Shown: positions 55,670-63,884 of the stretch, piece by piece
Layout: the number at the start of each line of letters is the position of its first letter
Position numbering within the stretch: the first letter of the stretch is position 1
Source: Escherichia phage APCEc01
Direction: 5' to 3' (one strand)
Sequence record: NC_029091.1
Length of the DNA stretch: 64,000 bases
Position numbers and translations under genes: made by a program
The notes under the pieces: generated by a model
The model's input: only the letters and a program-made list of their open reading frames with translations
Told to the model about the DNA's origin: nothing
Databases searched by the model: none

Positions 55670-56158
55670 ATGAATATATTTGAAATGCTTCGTAATGACG
55701 AAGGTCTTAGACTGACTTTATACAAAGACACTGAAGGCTTTTGGACGATTGGCATAGGCCATTTAGTAACAAAGAACCCGTCTTTAGCCGTAGCTAAAGC
55801 TGAACTTGACAGAATGATCGGTCGTAAATGCAACGGTACAATTACCCTTGATGAGGCTGAAAAGCTATTTAATGAAGACGTTGATAAAGCCGTCCGCGGA
55901 ATCTTGGGTAATGCTAAACTTAAACCGGTATATGATTCTTTAGACGCAGTTCGTCGGTGTGCATTGGTCAATATGGTCTTCCAAATGGGTGTAGCAGGAG
56001 TCGCCGGTTTTACTAATTCTCTTCGTATGCTTCAACAGAAACGTTGGGATGAAGCGGCAGTAAATCTAGCCCAATCTAAATGGTATCGTCAGACACCTAA
56101 TCGCGCGAAACGCGTAATCTCAACATTTAAAACAGGAACTTGGAAAGCGTATATATGA
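55670..56158 (+). CDS. e: endolysin (T4 lysozyme)
   Basis: start at [15 protein letters not shown]...; catalytic-site context [12 protein letters not shown]; matches T4 lysozyme as recalled; track ORF starts 4 codons upstream. Confidence 0.92.
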   Translation: MNIFEMLRNDEGLRLTLYKDTEGFWTIGIGHLVTKNPSLAVAKAELDRMIGRKCNGTITLDEAEKLFNEDVDKAVRGILGNAKLKPVYDSLDAVRRCALVNMVFQMGVAGVAGFTNSLRMLQQKRWDEAAVNLAQSKWYRQTPNRAKRVISTFKTGTWKAYI

Positions 56159-56436
56159 AAACATATAGTGAATTTTTATCAGAATCTATTCTTAACGAAG
56201 CTACTGACACATTTGCAACTAAGCTAGGTGCAGCTTTGGTTGAAGCTGAAAGTCTATTAGCACGTATTTCTGAACTTGCTAGTAAGATAGATACTCGCAA
56301 ATTTGAACGTACCAGCGATATCGCTAAGCTTGAAGCCTTGTTGCGTATGTGCGATAAACCAGAAGAAATCGCTAAGAACGGCTCGCTGATGAAACAACGT
56401 CTTGAAAAATATATTTCAGGCGCTTCAGAAAAATAG
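56155..56436 (+). CDS. internal-protein-like protein with [13 protein letters not shown] (93 aa)
   Basis: CTS motif; ATGA overlap with e stop; IpIII/IpII locus position. Confidence 0.55.
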   Translation: MKTYSEFLSESILNEATDTFATKLGAALVEAESLLARISELASKIDTRKFERTSDIAKLEALLRMCDKPEEIAKNGSLMKQRLEKYISGASEK

Positions 56437-56437
56437 T

Positions 56438-56489
56438 GTTTACTTCCTCCAAGGGTTTTGATACTATACATTCATCAACTACTTGGAGG
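56438..56489 (+). promoter_or_regulatory. early promoter (GTTTAC...TACTAT) inside 8-bp inverted repeat CCTCCAAG/CTTGGAGG containing the SD
   Basis: promoter hexamers and inverted repeat read directly. Confidence 0.5.
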
Positions 56490-56494
56490 AAATT

Positions 56495-56908
56495 ATGACT
56501 CGTATCAATTTAACACTTGTTTCTGAACTGTCCGACCAACATCTTATGGCTGAGTATCGTGAATTACCACGCGTATTTGGTGCAGTCCGTAAACATGTTC
56601 AAAACGGTAAACGTGTAAAGGATTTTAAAATCTCTCCAACATTTATCTTAGGCACAGGTCACGTAACATTCTTTTACGACAAACTCGAATTTTTACGTTT
56701 ACGTCAAATCGAGCTAATCGCTGAATGCTTGAAACGTGGTTTCAAAATCAAGGACACGACTGTCCAGGATATTTCCGACATTCCTGTAGAATTTCGTAAT
56801 AATTACGTCCCGTCCGAAGCGTCCATTGCGATAAGTCAAGCACGCTTAGATGAAAAAATTGCTCAACGTCCGACTTGGTACAAATACTATGGTAAATCAA
56901 TTTACTAA
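56495..56908 (+). CDS. denV: endonuclease V (pyrimidine dimer DNA glycosylase / AP lyase)
   Basis: 137 aa from [35 protein letters not shown]...; near identical to T4 DenV as recalled. Confidence 0.92.
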   Translation: MTRINLTLVSELSDQHLMAEYRELPRVFGAVRKHVQNGKRVKDFKISPTFILGTGHVTFFYDKLEFLRLRQIELIAECLKRGFKIKDTTVQDISDIPVEFRNNYVPSEASIAISQARLDEKIAQRPTWYKYYGKSIY

Positions 56909-56915
56909 GGAAAAA

Positions 56916-57176
56916 ATGAAAATGTATCAAGAATTTATCATTGAAGTAGATGCCAAAGACCCCAAATTTAAAGTTAAAGCTTTCATTGGTGATGCGGAAG
57001 ACTTTGGCTCATTAAAACGTAATGGGTATTCTTTCTTGGGTGGCGATGGTAAAGAAATCAACACCTATGCAAAACGTAGTGAAATTGCTTATGTTGTAGT
57101 AAGTCCTAAAGTAGATGTTGACGATATTGGATACGATTTTAACAACTTCGGAATTATTTCTGGCGGTAAAGCTTAA
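56916..57176 (+). CDS. internal-protein-like protein with CTS MKMYQEFIIE (86 aa)
   Basis: CTS motif, SD AAGGAAA. Confidence 0.55.
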   Translation: MKMYQEFIIEVDAKDPKFKVKAFIGDAEDFGSLKRNGYSFLGGDGKEINTYAKRSEIAYVVVSPKVDVDDIGYDFNNFGIISGGKA

Positions 57177-57182
57177 ATTGTT

Positions 57183-57212
57183 TACGCTTAAGTATTAATA
57201 TGGTATAATTAC
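57183..57212 (+). promoter_or_regulatory. early promoter (GTTTAC, 18 nt, TATAAT)
   Basis: consensus hexamers. Confidence 0.55.
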
Positions 57213-57239
57213 TCTATCAAAACAAACAAGGAAACAAAA

Positions 57240-57554
57240 ATGAAAACGTATAAAGAATTTATTGCAGAATCCGCCAACCAACGCGTTGAAGGTGGTTATA
57301 TTTGGATTGAACAAGTTGAGCCACCGAGCCGCACTTCTACAGGTAAATGGAAAATTACTGTTGACGGTCCTGGCGGTAAACGTAGGACTCTTAAAGAAAT
57401 TAACGGGTACTATGAAGAAGCTCTTTCGGATGCAGGAACTTACATGATGCAAATCATGATTAAAAACCCTGAAAACCGTTTTGCAGCTAAAGTCTTCCGT
57501 CGTATTGGTAATAAACTTTATGATGCATACTCTAAAAACTTCCCTAAAGAATAA
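57240..57554 (+). CDS. internal-protein-like protein with CTS MKTYKEFIAE (104 aa)
   Basis: N-terminus almost identical to T4 CTS consensus. Confidence 0.6.
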   Translation: MKTYKEFIAESANQRVEGGYIWIEQVEPPSRTSTGKWKITVDGPGGKRRTLKEINGYYEEALSDAGTYMMQIMIKNPENRFAAKVFRRIGNKLYDAYSKNFPKE

Positions 57555-57579
57555 CATAAATTAAAACAATAGGAACAAA

Positions 57580-57909
57580 ATGAAAACATATCAGGAGTTT
57601 ATCACTGAAGTTACATTATCTGCGGAACAGAAAGCTGCTATCGAAGAAGGTAAAAATCCCAAAGTAACATACAAAGTAAATAGTAAAGGCGTTTTTGATG
57701 GCTTGGTTCAAGACCCTGAATTGAAAAAAGCTCTTTCTAAAACTAATGCGTACTTTGCTCCTAAATTTAACACAGCCGGTGTACTTATTGGATTGGACGT
57801 ATTCAACTCTAAAGGTGTTCTATCTAATGCCTTTGGTTATGCCGCTAACAAAATTACCAAAGCAGCATGGGAATCCAATACCAAACAAGCTCAAAAGCCT
57901 AGAGTATAA
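57580..57909 (+). CDS. internal-protein-like protein with CTS MKTYQEFITE (109 aa)
   Basis: N-terminus matches T4 CTS consensus. Confidence 0.6.
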   Translation: MKTYQEFITEVTLSAEQKAAIEEGKNPKVTYKVNSKGVFDGLVQDPELKKALSKTNAYFAPKFNTAGVLIGLDVFNSKGVLSNAFGYAANKITKAAWESNTKQAQKPRV

Positions 57910-58082
57910 TTCTTGCCTAATAAAGGGAAACGCAACCTCTCCTCATGAACGTCGAGTCCTCTGAGTGATGTACCTTTTCCAACCTGTAATAAGGTCGAGC
58001 CCAAGTGCGGTAATGGGTTTACATAGCGAGTCGAAGGACCTAACATGTGCCACGGAATGGCCCAAACCTTAAGAGAAATAAT

Positions 58083-58622
58083 ATGAGAACATTTTTAACT
58101 GGACCTTATCTATCCCTGATGAATGCTTTTACACACCATTCTGATGCTAGAGTAGAAGAAATTTGTAAGAACGGTTATGTCCCACCATTTGAAGACGTAC
58201 TCAAGCAGTACTGTACACTTCGTTTAGACGGCGGCCGACAATCAGGTAAATCAATTGCTGTGACTAACTTTGCTGCTAATTGGCTGTATGATGGCGGAAC
58301 AGTTATTGTTCTTTCTAATACTTCAGCTTATGCTAAAATTTCTGCTGGCAACATTGAAAAAGAATTTTCGCGTTATTCTAGCGACGATATTCGATTCCGT
58401 TTATTTACTGATTCTGTTCGTAGTTTTATTGGCAATGAAGGTTCTAAATTCCGTGGATTAACGCTTTCTCGTATTCTGTATATAATTGACGAGCCTATTA
58501 AAGCTCCTGATATGGATAAGATTTACAATGTACATATTAAAACAGTCCAACACTGTTGCAAAAGCAAATATTGCATCGGCGGTAATGCTCGTCCTCAATT
58601 TTTTGTGATTGGAATGCAATGA
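58083..58622 (+). CDS. P-loop NTPase of unknown function (179 aa)
   Basis: Walker A GGRQSGKS and Walker B-like ILYIIDEP; first ATG at 58083 (track start is GTG). Confidence 0.5.
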   Translation: MRTFLTGPYLSLMNAFTHHSDARVEEICKNGYVPPFEDVLKQYCTLRLDGGRQSGKSIAVTNFAANWLYDGGTVIVLSNTSAYAKISAGNIEKEFSRYSSDDIRFRLFTDSVRSFIGNEGSKFRGLTLSRILYIIDEPIKAPDMDKIYNVHIKTVQHCCKSKYCIGGNARPQFFVIGMQ

Positions 58623-58927
58623 TGACCACTATTGAAGTTTTTGAATATTGTTATAACAGCCCAGTATGCAATAAAAGGGCCCTTGTAGAAAATTACGAGA
58701 TTTACCATTTTAAACCTAAACGATACCGTTTGACTAAAGGTCCGTTCGCAGGGCAGCAGGTTCTTTGTACTGCTCCTAATGCACGGTTGATGACTAGTAT
58801 TCCACATTTCAAAATGGAATTTATTGACGGGCCATTTAAGGGATTAATCACTCAAAGTTTAATGGCGTTTAATTCCGACCCATTTTTGATTAAAGAAAAA
58901 ACTTGGATAAATTTATTTTCTAATTGA
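58619..58927 (+). CDS. hypothetical protein (102 aa)
   Basis: ATGA overlap with upstream gene. Confidence 0.45.
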   Translation: MMTTIEVFEYCYNSPVCNKRALVENYEIYHFKPKRYRLTKGPFAGQQVLCTAPNARLMTSIPHFKMEFIDGPFKGLITQSLMAFNSDPFLIKEKTWINLFSN

Positions 58928-58933
58928 GGTTAT

Positions 58934-59296
58934 ATGAAAGCATATCAAATTCTTGAAGGCACACACAAAGGCACTATTTATTTTGAAGACGGTACTCAAG
59001 CCCGGATTATTGTCTCTAAGACTTTTAAAGAAGACGCTATTGTAGACCCGGAAATTTTCTACGGTTTGCATGCCCGTGAAATTGAAATTGAACATCACCC
59101 TAAAGTTAAAATTGAAGGTGGTCAACATCTGAACGTTAACGTTCTGCGTCGTGAAACTCTAGAAGATGCAGTTAAGCATCCAGAAAAATATCCGCAGCTG
59201 ACCATCCGTGTATCTGGTTATGCAGTTCGCTTTAACTCTCTGACTCCGGAACAGCAGCGCGACGTTATCGCTCGCACCTTTACTGAGAGTCTATAA
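58934..59296 (+). CDS. grcA: autonomous glycyl radical cofactor (GrcA/YfiD-like; T4 Y06I-type)
   Basis: 120 aa; C-terminal glycyl radical motif [27 protein letters not shown]; C-terminal ~57 aa match E. coli GrcA as recalled; host-like codon usage in 3' half. Confidence 0.8.
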   Translation: MKAYQILEGTHKGTIYFEDGTQARIIVSKTFKEDAIVDPEIFYGLHAREIEIEHHPKVKIEGGQHLNVNVLRRETLEDAVKHPEKYPQLTIRVSGYAVRFNSLTPEQQRDVIARTFTESL

Positions 59297-59520
59297 TGGC
59301 TAAATTGATTATAGAAGGGTCTGAAGATGTTTTAAAATGTTTTGCCGCCTGGTTTAGTTGCTCAGGCGAGCAATCATTCACTGAAGCATTTAGAATGGGT
59401 GATATTACCGGAAACTATCCGGCAACTGATATCACTGTACGTGGATATGGTATTAATGAGCCTATCCAATTGGTCGAATATGACCTTGCCACTGATGAGG
59501 AAATTCCTTATGTCGATTGA
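59296..59520 (+). CDS. hypothetical protein (74 aa)
   Basis: overlapping stop/start with grcA-like gene. Confidence 0.45.
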   Translation: MAKLIIEGSEDVLKCFAAWFSCSGEQSFTEAFRMGDITGNYPATDITVRGYGINEPIQLVEYDLATDEEIPYVD

Positions 59521-59776
59521 AGACATCAAAGGCTACAAGCCGCATACCGATGATAAAATCGGTAAAGTGAACGCTATTAAAGATGCAGAAGTCCGTCTTG
59601 GATTGTTGTTTGATGCTCTGATTGAAGAAGCATATATCTTGAAAGAAAATGAAACAGAGCAACAAACCAAAGAAGATATGGATGCAGTGCAGGCTCTTAA
59701 GTATGCTAAGCAACATCTAAAAGAAGCCAGCATGTGGGCGTGTCGTGCAGTATTTCGACCTGAGGAAAAATACTAA
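59511..59776 (+). CDS. hypothetical protein (88 aa)
   Basis: ATG at 59511; longer track ORF from 59342 overlaps the upstream gene and is less likely. Confidence 0.4.
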
Positions 59777-59991
59777 TGGCTTCTACTATTACTGGGTTAT
59801 TGGACTTTCAAGAAAAGGTCAACAAAATTTGTAGTGAATACTTAAAGTATCTTGAAGAAGACCTTGAAGATTGTAAGGAAGAAGGCGAAGAAGACTATGC
59901 TGACCAGCGTCGACGCCAAATCGAAGAGATGAGGCATTTCGCCAATATGGTATCTAAAGAATCTTGGGCTTTAACTCCATTTTATCAATAA
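59776..59991 (+). CDS. hypothetical acidic protein (71 aa)
   Basis: ATGA-type overlap, SD AGGAAA. Confidence 0.45.
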   Translation: MASTITGLLDFQEKVNKICSEYLKYLEEDLEDCKEEGEEDYADQRRRQIEEMRHFANMVSKESWALTPFYQ

Positions 59992-59995
59992 AGTA

Positions 59996-60044
59996 GTTTA
60001 CTTCTCCTCTAGTTGTGTTACTATAGACCTGTCAACTAGAGGAG
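59996..60044 (+). promoter_or_regulatory. early promoter (GTTTAC, 17 nt, TACTAT) inside perfect 12-bp inverted repeat that includes the SD
   Basis: CTCCTCTAGTTG at 60004-60015 and CAACTAGAGGAG at 60033-60044. Confidence 0.6.
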
Positions 60045-60052
60045 AAATCAAA

Positions 60053-60511
60053 ATGACTATCAATTCAGACGTTTTTATCCGCCGTAATAAACTCCGTCGA
60101 ATCTTTGAAACGGAGTTCCGCAAAATAAATGCCGGTATAAAAGATGCTGCAAAGTCTCTTGGACTACCAGGCTTTCATATCAAGTATTCTCAACATCTCT
60201 TAGATCGTGCCATCCAGAGAGAAATAGATGAGAATTACGTTTTTGAATTATTTCATAAAGTAAAAAATCATGTTAAAGAAGTTGCAGAATTTTTATCAAT
60301 GCCGGCACGTCCAGATGTTGATGAAGATTTTGTCGAAGGTGTCGAATATCGCCCAGGCCGTTTAGAAATAACTGATGGAAATCTTTGGTTAGGACTTACA
60401 GTTTGTCGCGAAAATCCGGCATTCAAAATGAAGACTCTTCAATGCAGAATGGCTATTATTAACAATAAACGACTACCAGGAAAAGCTTCTAAAGCAGTGA
60501 TTAAAATCTAG
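60053..60511 (+). CDS. regB: RegB site-specific endoribonuclease
   Basis: 152 aa; MTINSDVFIRRNKLRR...KYSQHLLDRAIQREIDE...LQCRMAIINNKRLPGKASKAVIK matches T4 RegB as recalled. Confidence 0.9.
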   Translation: MTINSDVFIRRNKLRRIFETEFRKINAGIKDAAKSLGLPGFHIKYSQHLLDRAIQREIDENYVFELFHKVKNHVKEVAEFLSMPARPDVDEDFVEGVEYRPGRLEITDGNLWLGLTVCRENPAFKMKTLQCRMAIINNKRLPGKASKAVIKI

Positions 60512-60519
60512 AGGTAAAC

Positions 60520-61062
60520 ATGAGAAAAGCACTACTCGCTGGTCTATTTGCTCTTTCATTATCAGCACATAGCTCCGAGCATACTTTTAGTAATGTCCAA
60601 CTCGATAACTTGAATTATGCTTATCAGTTTGGGGAACAGTTTTCTAAGGATGGAAAATTTAAAACGCATGAAAATATGCATAAGAAAGGACTTGGATACA
60701 TAATGGCCGCAATACTATGGCAGGAATCATCTGCCGGTATTAATCTTAAAGATAAGAAAGGTCACCATGCGTATGGAATGTTCCAAAATTATCTACCGAC
60801 AATGAGGGCAAGAATTAACCAGCTTGGTTATAATATGACTGATGCCCAAATTAAGAAAATGCTATCTAAGCGGTCTAATTCAGCCAGATGGGCTTATATC
60901 GAATTTTCTTATTGGTTAAATATACATAACGGGGATATAAGAAAAGCTATATCCTCATATAATGCGGGATGGAAGACAAGTGCCGGAAGTAAATATGCTT
61001 CTGAAGTCCTAGAAAAGGCTAATTACCTTAAATCAAATAAACTACTGGAAATAAAAGAATGA
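60520..61062 (+). CDS. secreted lytic transglycosylase-like protein (SLT domain)
   Basis: signal peptide MRKALLAGLFALSLSAHS; SLT motifs E-S (WQESSAG), AYGMFQ, YNAG. Confidence 0.6.
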   Translation: MRKALLAGLFALSLSAHSSEHTFSNVQLDNLNYAYQFGEQFSKDGKFKTHENMHKKGLGYIMAAILWQESSAGINLKDKKGHHAYGMFQNYLPTMRARINQLGYNMTDAQIKKMLSKRSNSARWAYIEFSYWLNIHNGDIRKAISSYNAGWKTSAGSKYASEVLEKANYLKSNKLLEIKE

Positions 61063-61406
61063 CCAAAATGTTGGCTTTAATAGTTGGCTTGGTTTCATTT
61101 AACGCTCTTGCTAATACTACATATACTGATGTAACGGAGTATACAAACAGAACGGCGTCTGATTACTGTGGTAAAAGTCAAGAGTGTAAAGTAGATTTTT
61201 CACAAAAATTGTTATATGCGTATAAAGACGGAGAAAAAGACGGGGCGTCTAGTAGGTTCAAGGCGTCTACCTTAATTAAAAGATACTATAAAAAATGGCA
61301 AATATTAGAATGCTCGGTGGCGGAACCTAAAGATAAGGCAGCATGCAATTCTATGGTGGACCGTCTAGTTGACTCTTATAATAGAGGACTTGCAGCAAGT
61401 GATTAA
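61059..61406 (+). CDS. secreted small Cys-containing protein (115 aa)
   Basis: signal peptide MTKMLALIVGLVSFNALA; four Cys residues. Confidence 0.5.
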   Translation: MTKMLALIVGLVSFNALANTTYTDVTEYTNRTASDYCGKSQECKVDFSQKLLYAYKDGEKDGASSRFKASTLIKRYYKKWQILECSVAEPKDKAACNSMVDRLVDSYNRGLAASD

Positions 61407-61866
61407 AAACTATATCAAGGGCGATATTGTCGCCCTGTTTTCTAAAGGTAATAATATTGCTCATGGGTGTAATTGTTTTCATACAATGGGCGCGGGTGTG
61501 GCAGGACAATTAGCAAAGGCTTATCCAAAAATTCTGGAAGCCGATAAACTTCAAACCGAATTCGGAGACGAGTCTAAACTCGGGACTTATTCGGTTTATG
61601 AAAAATATTTTAAGACCCATAAAGCTTATTGCTTTAATCTTTATACACAGTTTGAGCCGGGACCTAATTTTGAGTACTCTGCTTTAATGAATTGTATAAT
61701 AGAATTAAATGAATTCGGAAAGAATAAGATAATAAAGCCTGTAATTTATATGCCAAGAATTGGTGCAGGTATTGGTGGTGGAAACTGGGATGTCATCGAA
61801 GAGATTTTAGATACGTATTCTACTAAACTAGAAATTGTGATTGTTGATTGGGAACCGTTATTATGA
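61399..61866 (+). CDS. macrodomain-like protein (ADP-ribose binding/processing fold), probable GTG start
   Basis: motifs GNNIAHGCNCFHTMGAGVAGQL and PRIGAGIGGGNWDVIEEIL resemble macrodomain N-x(6)-GGGV and P-x-I-S-T-G-x-x-G signatures; no in-frame ATG before the first motif. Confidence 0.5.
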   Translation: MIKNYIKGDIVALFSKGNNIAHGCNCFHTMGAGVAGQLAKAYPKILEADKLQTEFGDESKLGTYSVYEKYFKTHKAYCFNLYTQFEPGPNFEYSALMNCIIELNEFGKNKIIKPVIYMPRIGAGIGGGNWDVIEEILDTYSTKLEIVIVDWEPLL

Positions 61867-62075
61867 ATATACATTATCCACATCCATATGACCCAAAGAA
61901 TAAGGCAGTAATTATTCGTCAATGGGAACGCATTTGTCGTACCAAATGTCCAATTAATAGTCCACATGATGTAGATAAAGACTACATCGGAACATTCGTT
62001 GAATATACCTTTATTGATAAGAAAGGCCGTAAACAACATGTAGAAGAATATTGCTTAAAGGTGACATGGCTATGA
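61863..62075 (+). CDS. hypothetical protein (70 aa)
   Basis: ATG overlapping upstream stop (ATGA). Confidence 0.45.
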   Translation: MNIHYPHPYDPKNKAVIIRQWERICRTKCPINSPHDVDKDYIGTFVEYTFIDKKGRKQHVEEYCLKVTWL

Positions 62076-62278
62076 GTCAAACAAAAATTCTTACAGGTGC
62101 TAAATGCGAAAAATGCGAATGGCCTGTAGTTTTTGCTTTATGCAATGACGAAATGGCTTGTGATTTTGATTATTGGTGTTACTGTTCGAACAAAGGTTGT
62201 AGCAATCATAAAGGTGAAGGGTTTTACTCAGGATTTTACCCTTACCCAGATTTCGTTAAAGAAGGTGAACCTAAATGA
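62066..62278 (+). CDS. Cys-rich small protein, putative zinc ribbon (70 aa)
   Basis: C-x2-C (CEKCEW) and further Cys pairs; start 62066 or 62072. Confidence 0.45.
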   Translation: MAMSQTKILTGAKCEKCEWPVVFALCNDEMACDFDYWCYCSNKGCSNHKGEGFYSGFYPYPDFVKEGEPK

Positions 62279-62457
62279 AATTGACTAAAGAAGAGAAAAC
62301 TAAACTGTTCGAACTTATCCATGACCTATTGGATGAGCAAGCAGCCACCAATGCGTACGATGAATATGCTCCTTTGACGGACGAAGAATATCAAGCATTG
62401 TTGGAATCATTTGACAGGAAAGAACAAGAACTCATTGACTATGTGAATTCACTATAA
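62275..62457 (+). CDS. hypothetical acidic protein (60 aa)
   Basis: ATGA overlap. Confidence 0.45.
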   Translation: MKLTKEEKTKLFELIHDLLDEQAATNAYDEYAPLTDEEYQALLESFDRKEQELIDYVNSL

Positions 62458-62466
62458 GGGACTCTT

Positions 62467-63048
62467 ATGGCTAGTTTAATTTTTACCTATGCCGCTATGA
62501 ACGCTGGTAAGTCTGCTTCATTACTTACTGCTGCACATAACTATAAAGAACGTGGCATGGGTGTATTAGTTCTTAAACCGGCTATTGATACTCGCGATTC
62601 AAAAGGTGAAATAGTCTCTCGTATTGGTATTCGTCAGGATGCCAATATAATTACAAAAGACATGGATATCTTTGAATTTTATAAATGGGCTGCAGCACAA
62701 AAGGATATTCATTGTGTATTTGTTGACGAAGCTCAGTTCTTAACTACTGAAAAGGTGTATCAACTTAGTCGTATTGTTGACGTGTACAATGTGCCGGTAA
62801 TGGCATATGGACTACGAACAGATTTTAAAGGTAATCTATTTGAAGGTTCTCAAGCATTAATGGCTATTGCCGATAAGCTTGTTGAACTTAAAGGTGTCTG
62901 TCATTGTGGTAAAAAGGCCACAATGGTAGCTAGAGTCACGGAAGACGGACTTCCAATTACAGATGGCAGTCAAATTGAAATTGGTGATACCGATAGATAT
63001 GTGTCATTATGCCGGAAGCATTGGAATGATTTGACAGGGTTGTTATAA
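62467..63048 (+). CDS. tk: thymidine kinase
   Basis: 193 aa; P-loop AAMNAGKS, Walker B FVDEAQF, C-terminal zinc ribbon CHCGKK...C; matches T4 Tk as recalled. Confidence 0.92.
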   Translation: MASLIFTYAAMNAGKSASLLTAAHNYKERGMGVLVLKPAIDTRDSKGEIVSRIGIRQDANIITKDMDIFEFYKWAAAQKDIHCVFVDEAQFLTTEKVYQLSRIVDVYNVPVMAYGLRTDFKGNLFEGSQALMAIADKLVELKGVCHCGKKATMVARVTEDGLPITDGSQIEIGDTDRYVSLCRKHWNDLTGLL

Positions 63049-63075
63049 ATACTAATATCTAACCAAGAGGTATAT

Positions 63076-63288
63076 ATGCAGCAATTAAACGAAAGACAAC
63101 TTCGTAATCTTACTGTAACCCAATTAGATGAAATCCGAAGAGAATTAGGACATTCTATTTCTCATTTAAACGAGGATATCCGTCAAACTGGTTCTAAAGC
63201 TGATTATACACGCAAGCGCAAGCTGGAAAAATACCTCACAGATGTTAAGGCCGTCCAAAGGCGAAAAATAAATACTGGCCAAAATTAA
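63076..63288 (+). CDS. hypothetical protein (rI.-1 position)
   Basis: 70 aa between tk and rI. Confidence 0.5.
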   Translation: MQQLNERQLRNLTVTQLDEIRRELGHSISHLNEDIRQTGSKADYTRKRKLEKYLTDVKAVQRRKINTGQN

Positions 63289-63300
63289 CAGGAGGCCTAT

Positions 63301-63603
63301 ATGGCCTTAAGAGCGATAGCTGTCATAGCGATGCTGGGGTTTTTTGCAGCAACAACTCCTATCGTTGGTACTGCACATATCGACCCATATTTTGATAACT
63401 TTATGGAATCAGGGATTAAAAACGTATATACTTTGTTTGAAATTCAAAATGTCGAGAATTCTGAAAAATTCTATAAGTATATGGCAAAGCATTACAAAAA
63501 TAGCCCCTGTGATGATGCATTTGAATGTCATGAACAAGGCATAAAAACTGCCAGACAATTTGCCGAGTTCATGAAAATAAAATTAGAGCCTACATCTATC
63601 TAA
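63301..63603 (+). CDS. rI: RI lysis inhibition regulator (antiholin), secreted
   Basis: 100 aa; N-terminal signal/SAR segment; DPYFDNFMESGIK...CHEQGIKTARQF resembles T4 RI as recalled; position next to tk. Confidence 0.7.
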   Translation: MALRAIAVIAMLGFFAATTPIVGTAHIDPYFDNFMESGIKNVYTLFEIQNVENSEKFYKYMAKHYKNSPCDDAFECHEQGIKTARQFAEFMKIKLEPTSI

Positions 63604-63610
63604 TTTACTA

Positions 63611-63638
63611 GCCCCTTCCGAAAGGTTGGGGCTTTTTG
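63611..63638 (+). terminator. rho-independent terminator after rI
   Basis: GCCCCttccgaaaggttGGGGC followed by TTTTTGG. Confidence 0.6.
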
Positions 63639-63648
63639 GCATCTATCA

Positions 63649-63677
63649 GTTTACTTCTCCTCAGGTTGTGTTATAGT
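63649..63677 (+). promoter_or_regulatory. early promoter (GTTTAC, 17 nt, TATAGT) with CTCCTC...GAGGAG inverted repeat
   Basis: consensus hexamers; partial inverted repeat includes the SD. Confidence 0.55.
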
Positions 63678-63704
63678 AAACCTTACTTACTAGAGGAGAA
63701 CGTT

Positions 63705-63884
63705 ATGTCACGTAAAGAAAAAATTTCTAAGTTAATGTTTTTGATTGAAGAGTACGCTAATGCGGTATCTGATTGGGAAAATGCTCATGGTTGCGAAGAT
63801 GGAGACATCGACATTAACAGAGCTATGAAAAAGATGGCTGAAGCCCACACCGAATTGCAAATGTATGTTAACGAGATTATGTGA
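63705..63884 (+). CDS. hypothetical protein (59 aa)
   Basis: ATG with SD GAGGAG; the track ORF N-terminal extension overlaps the promoter. Confidence 0.45.
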   Translation: MSRKEKISKLMFLIEEYANAVSDWENAHGCEDGDIDINRAMKKMAEAHTELQMYVNEIM

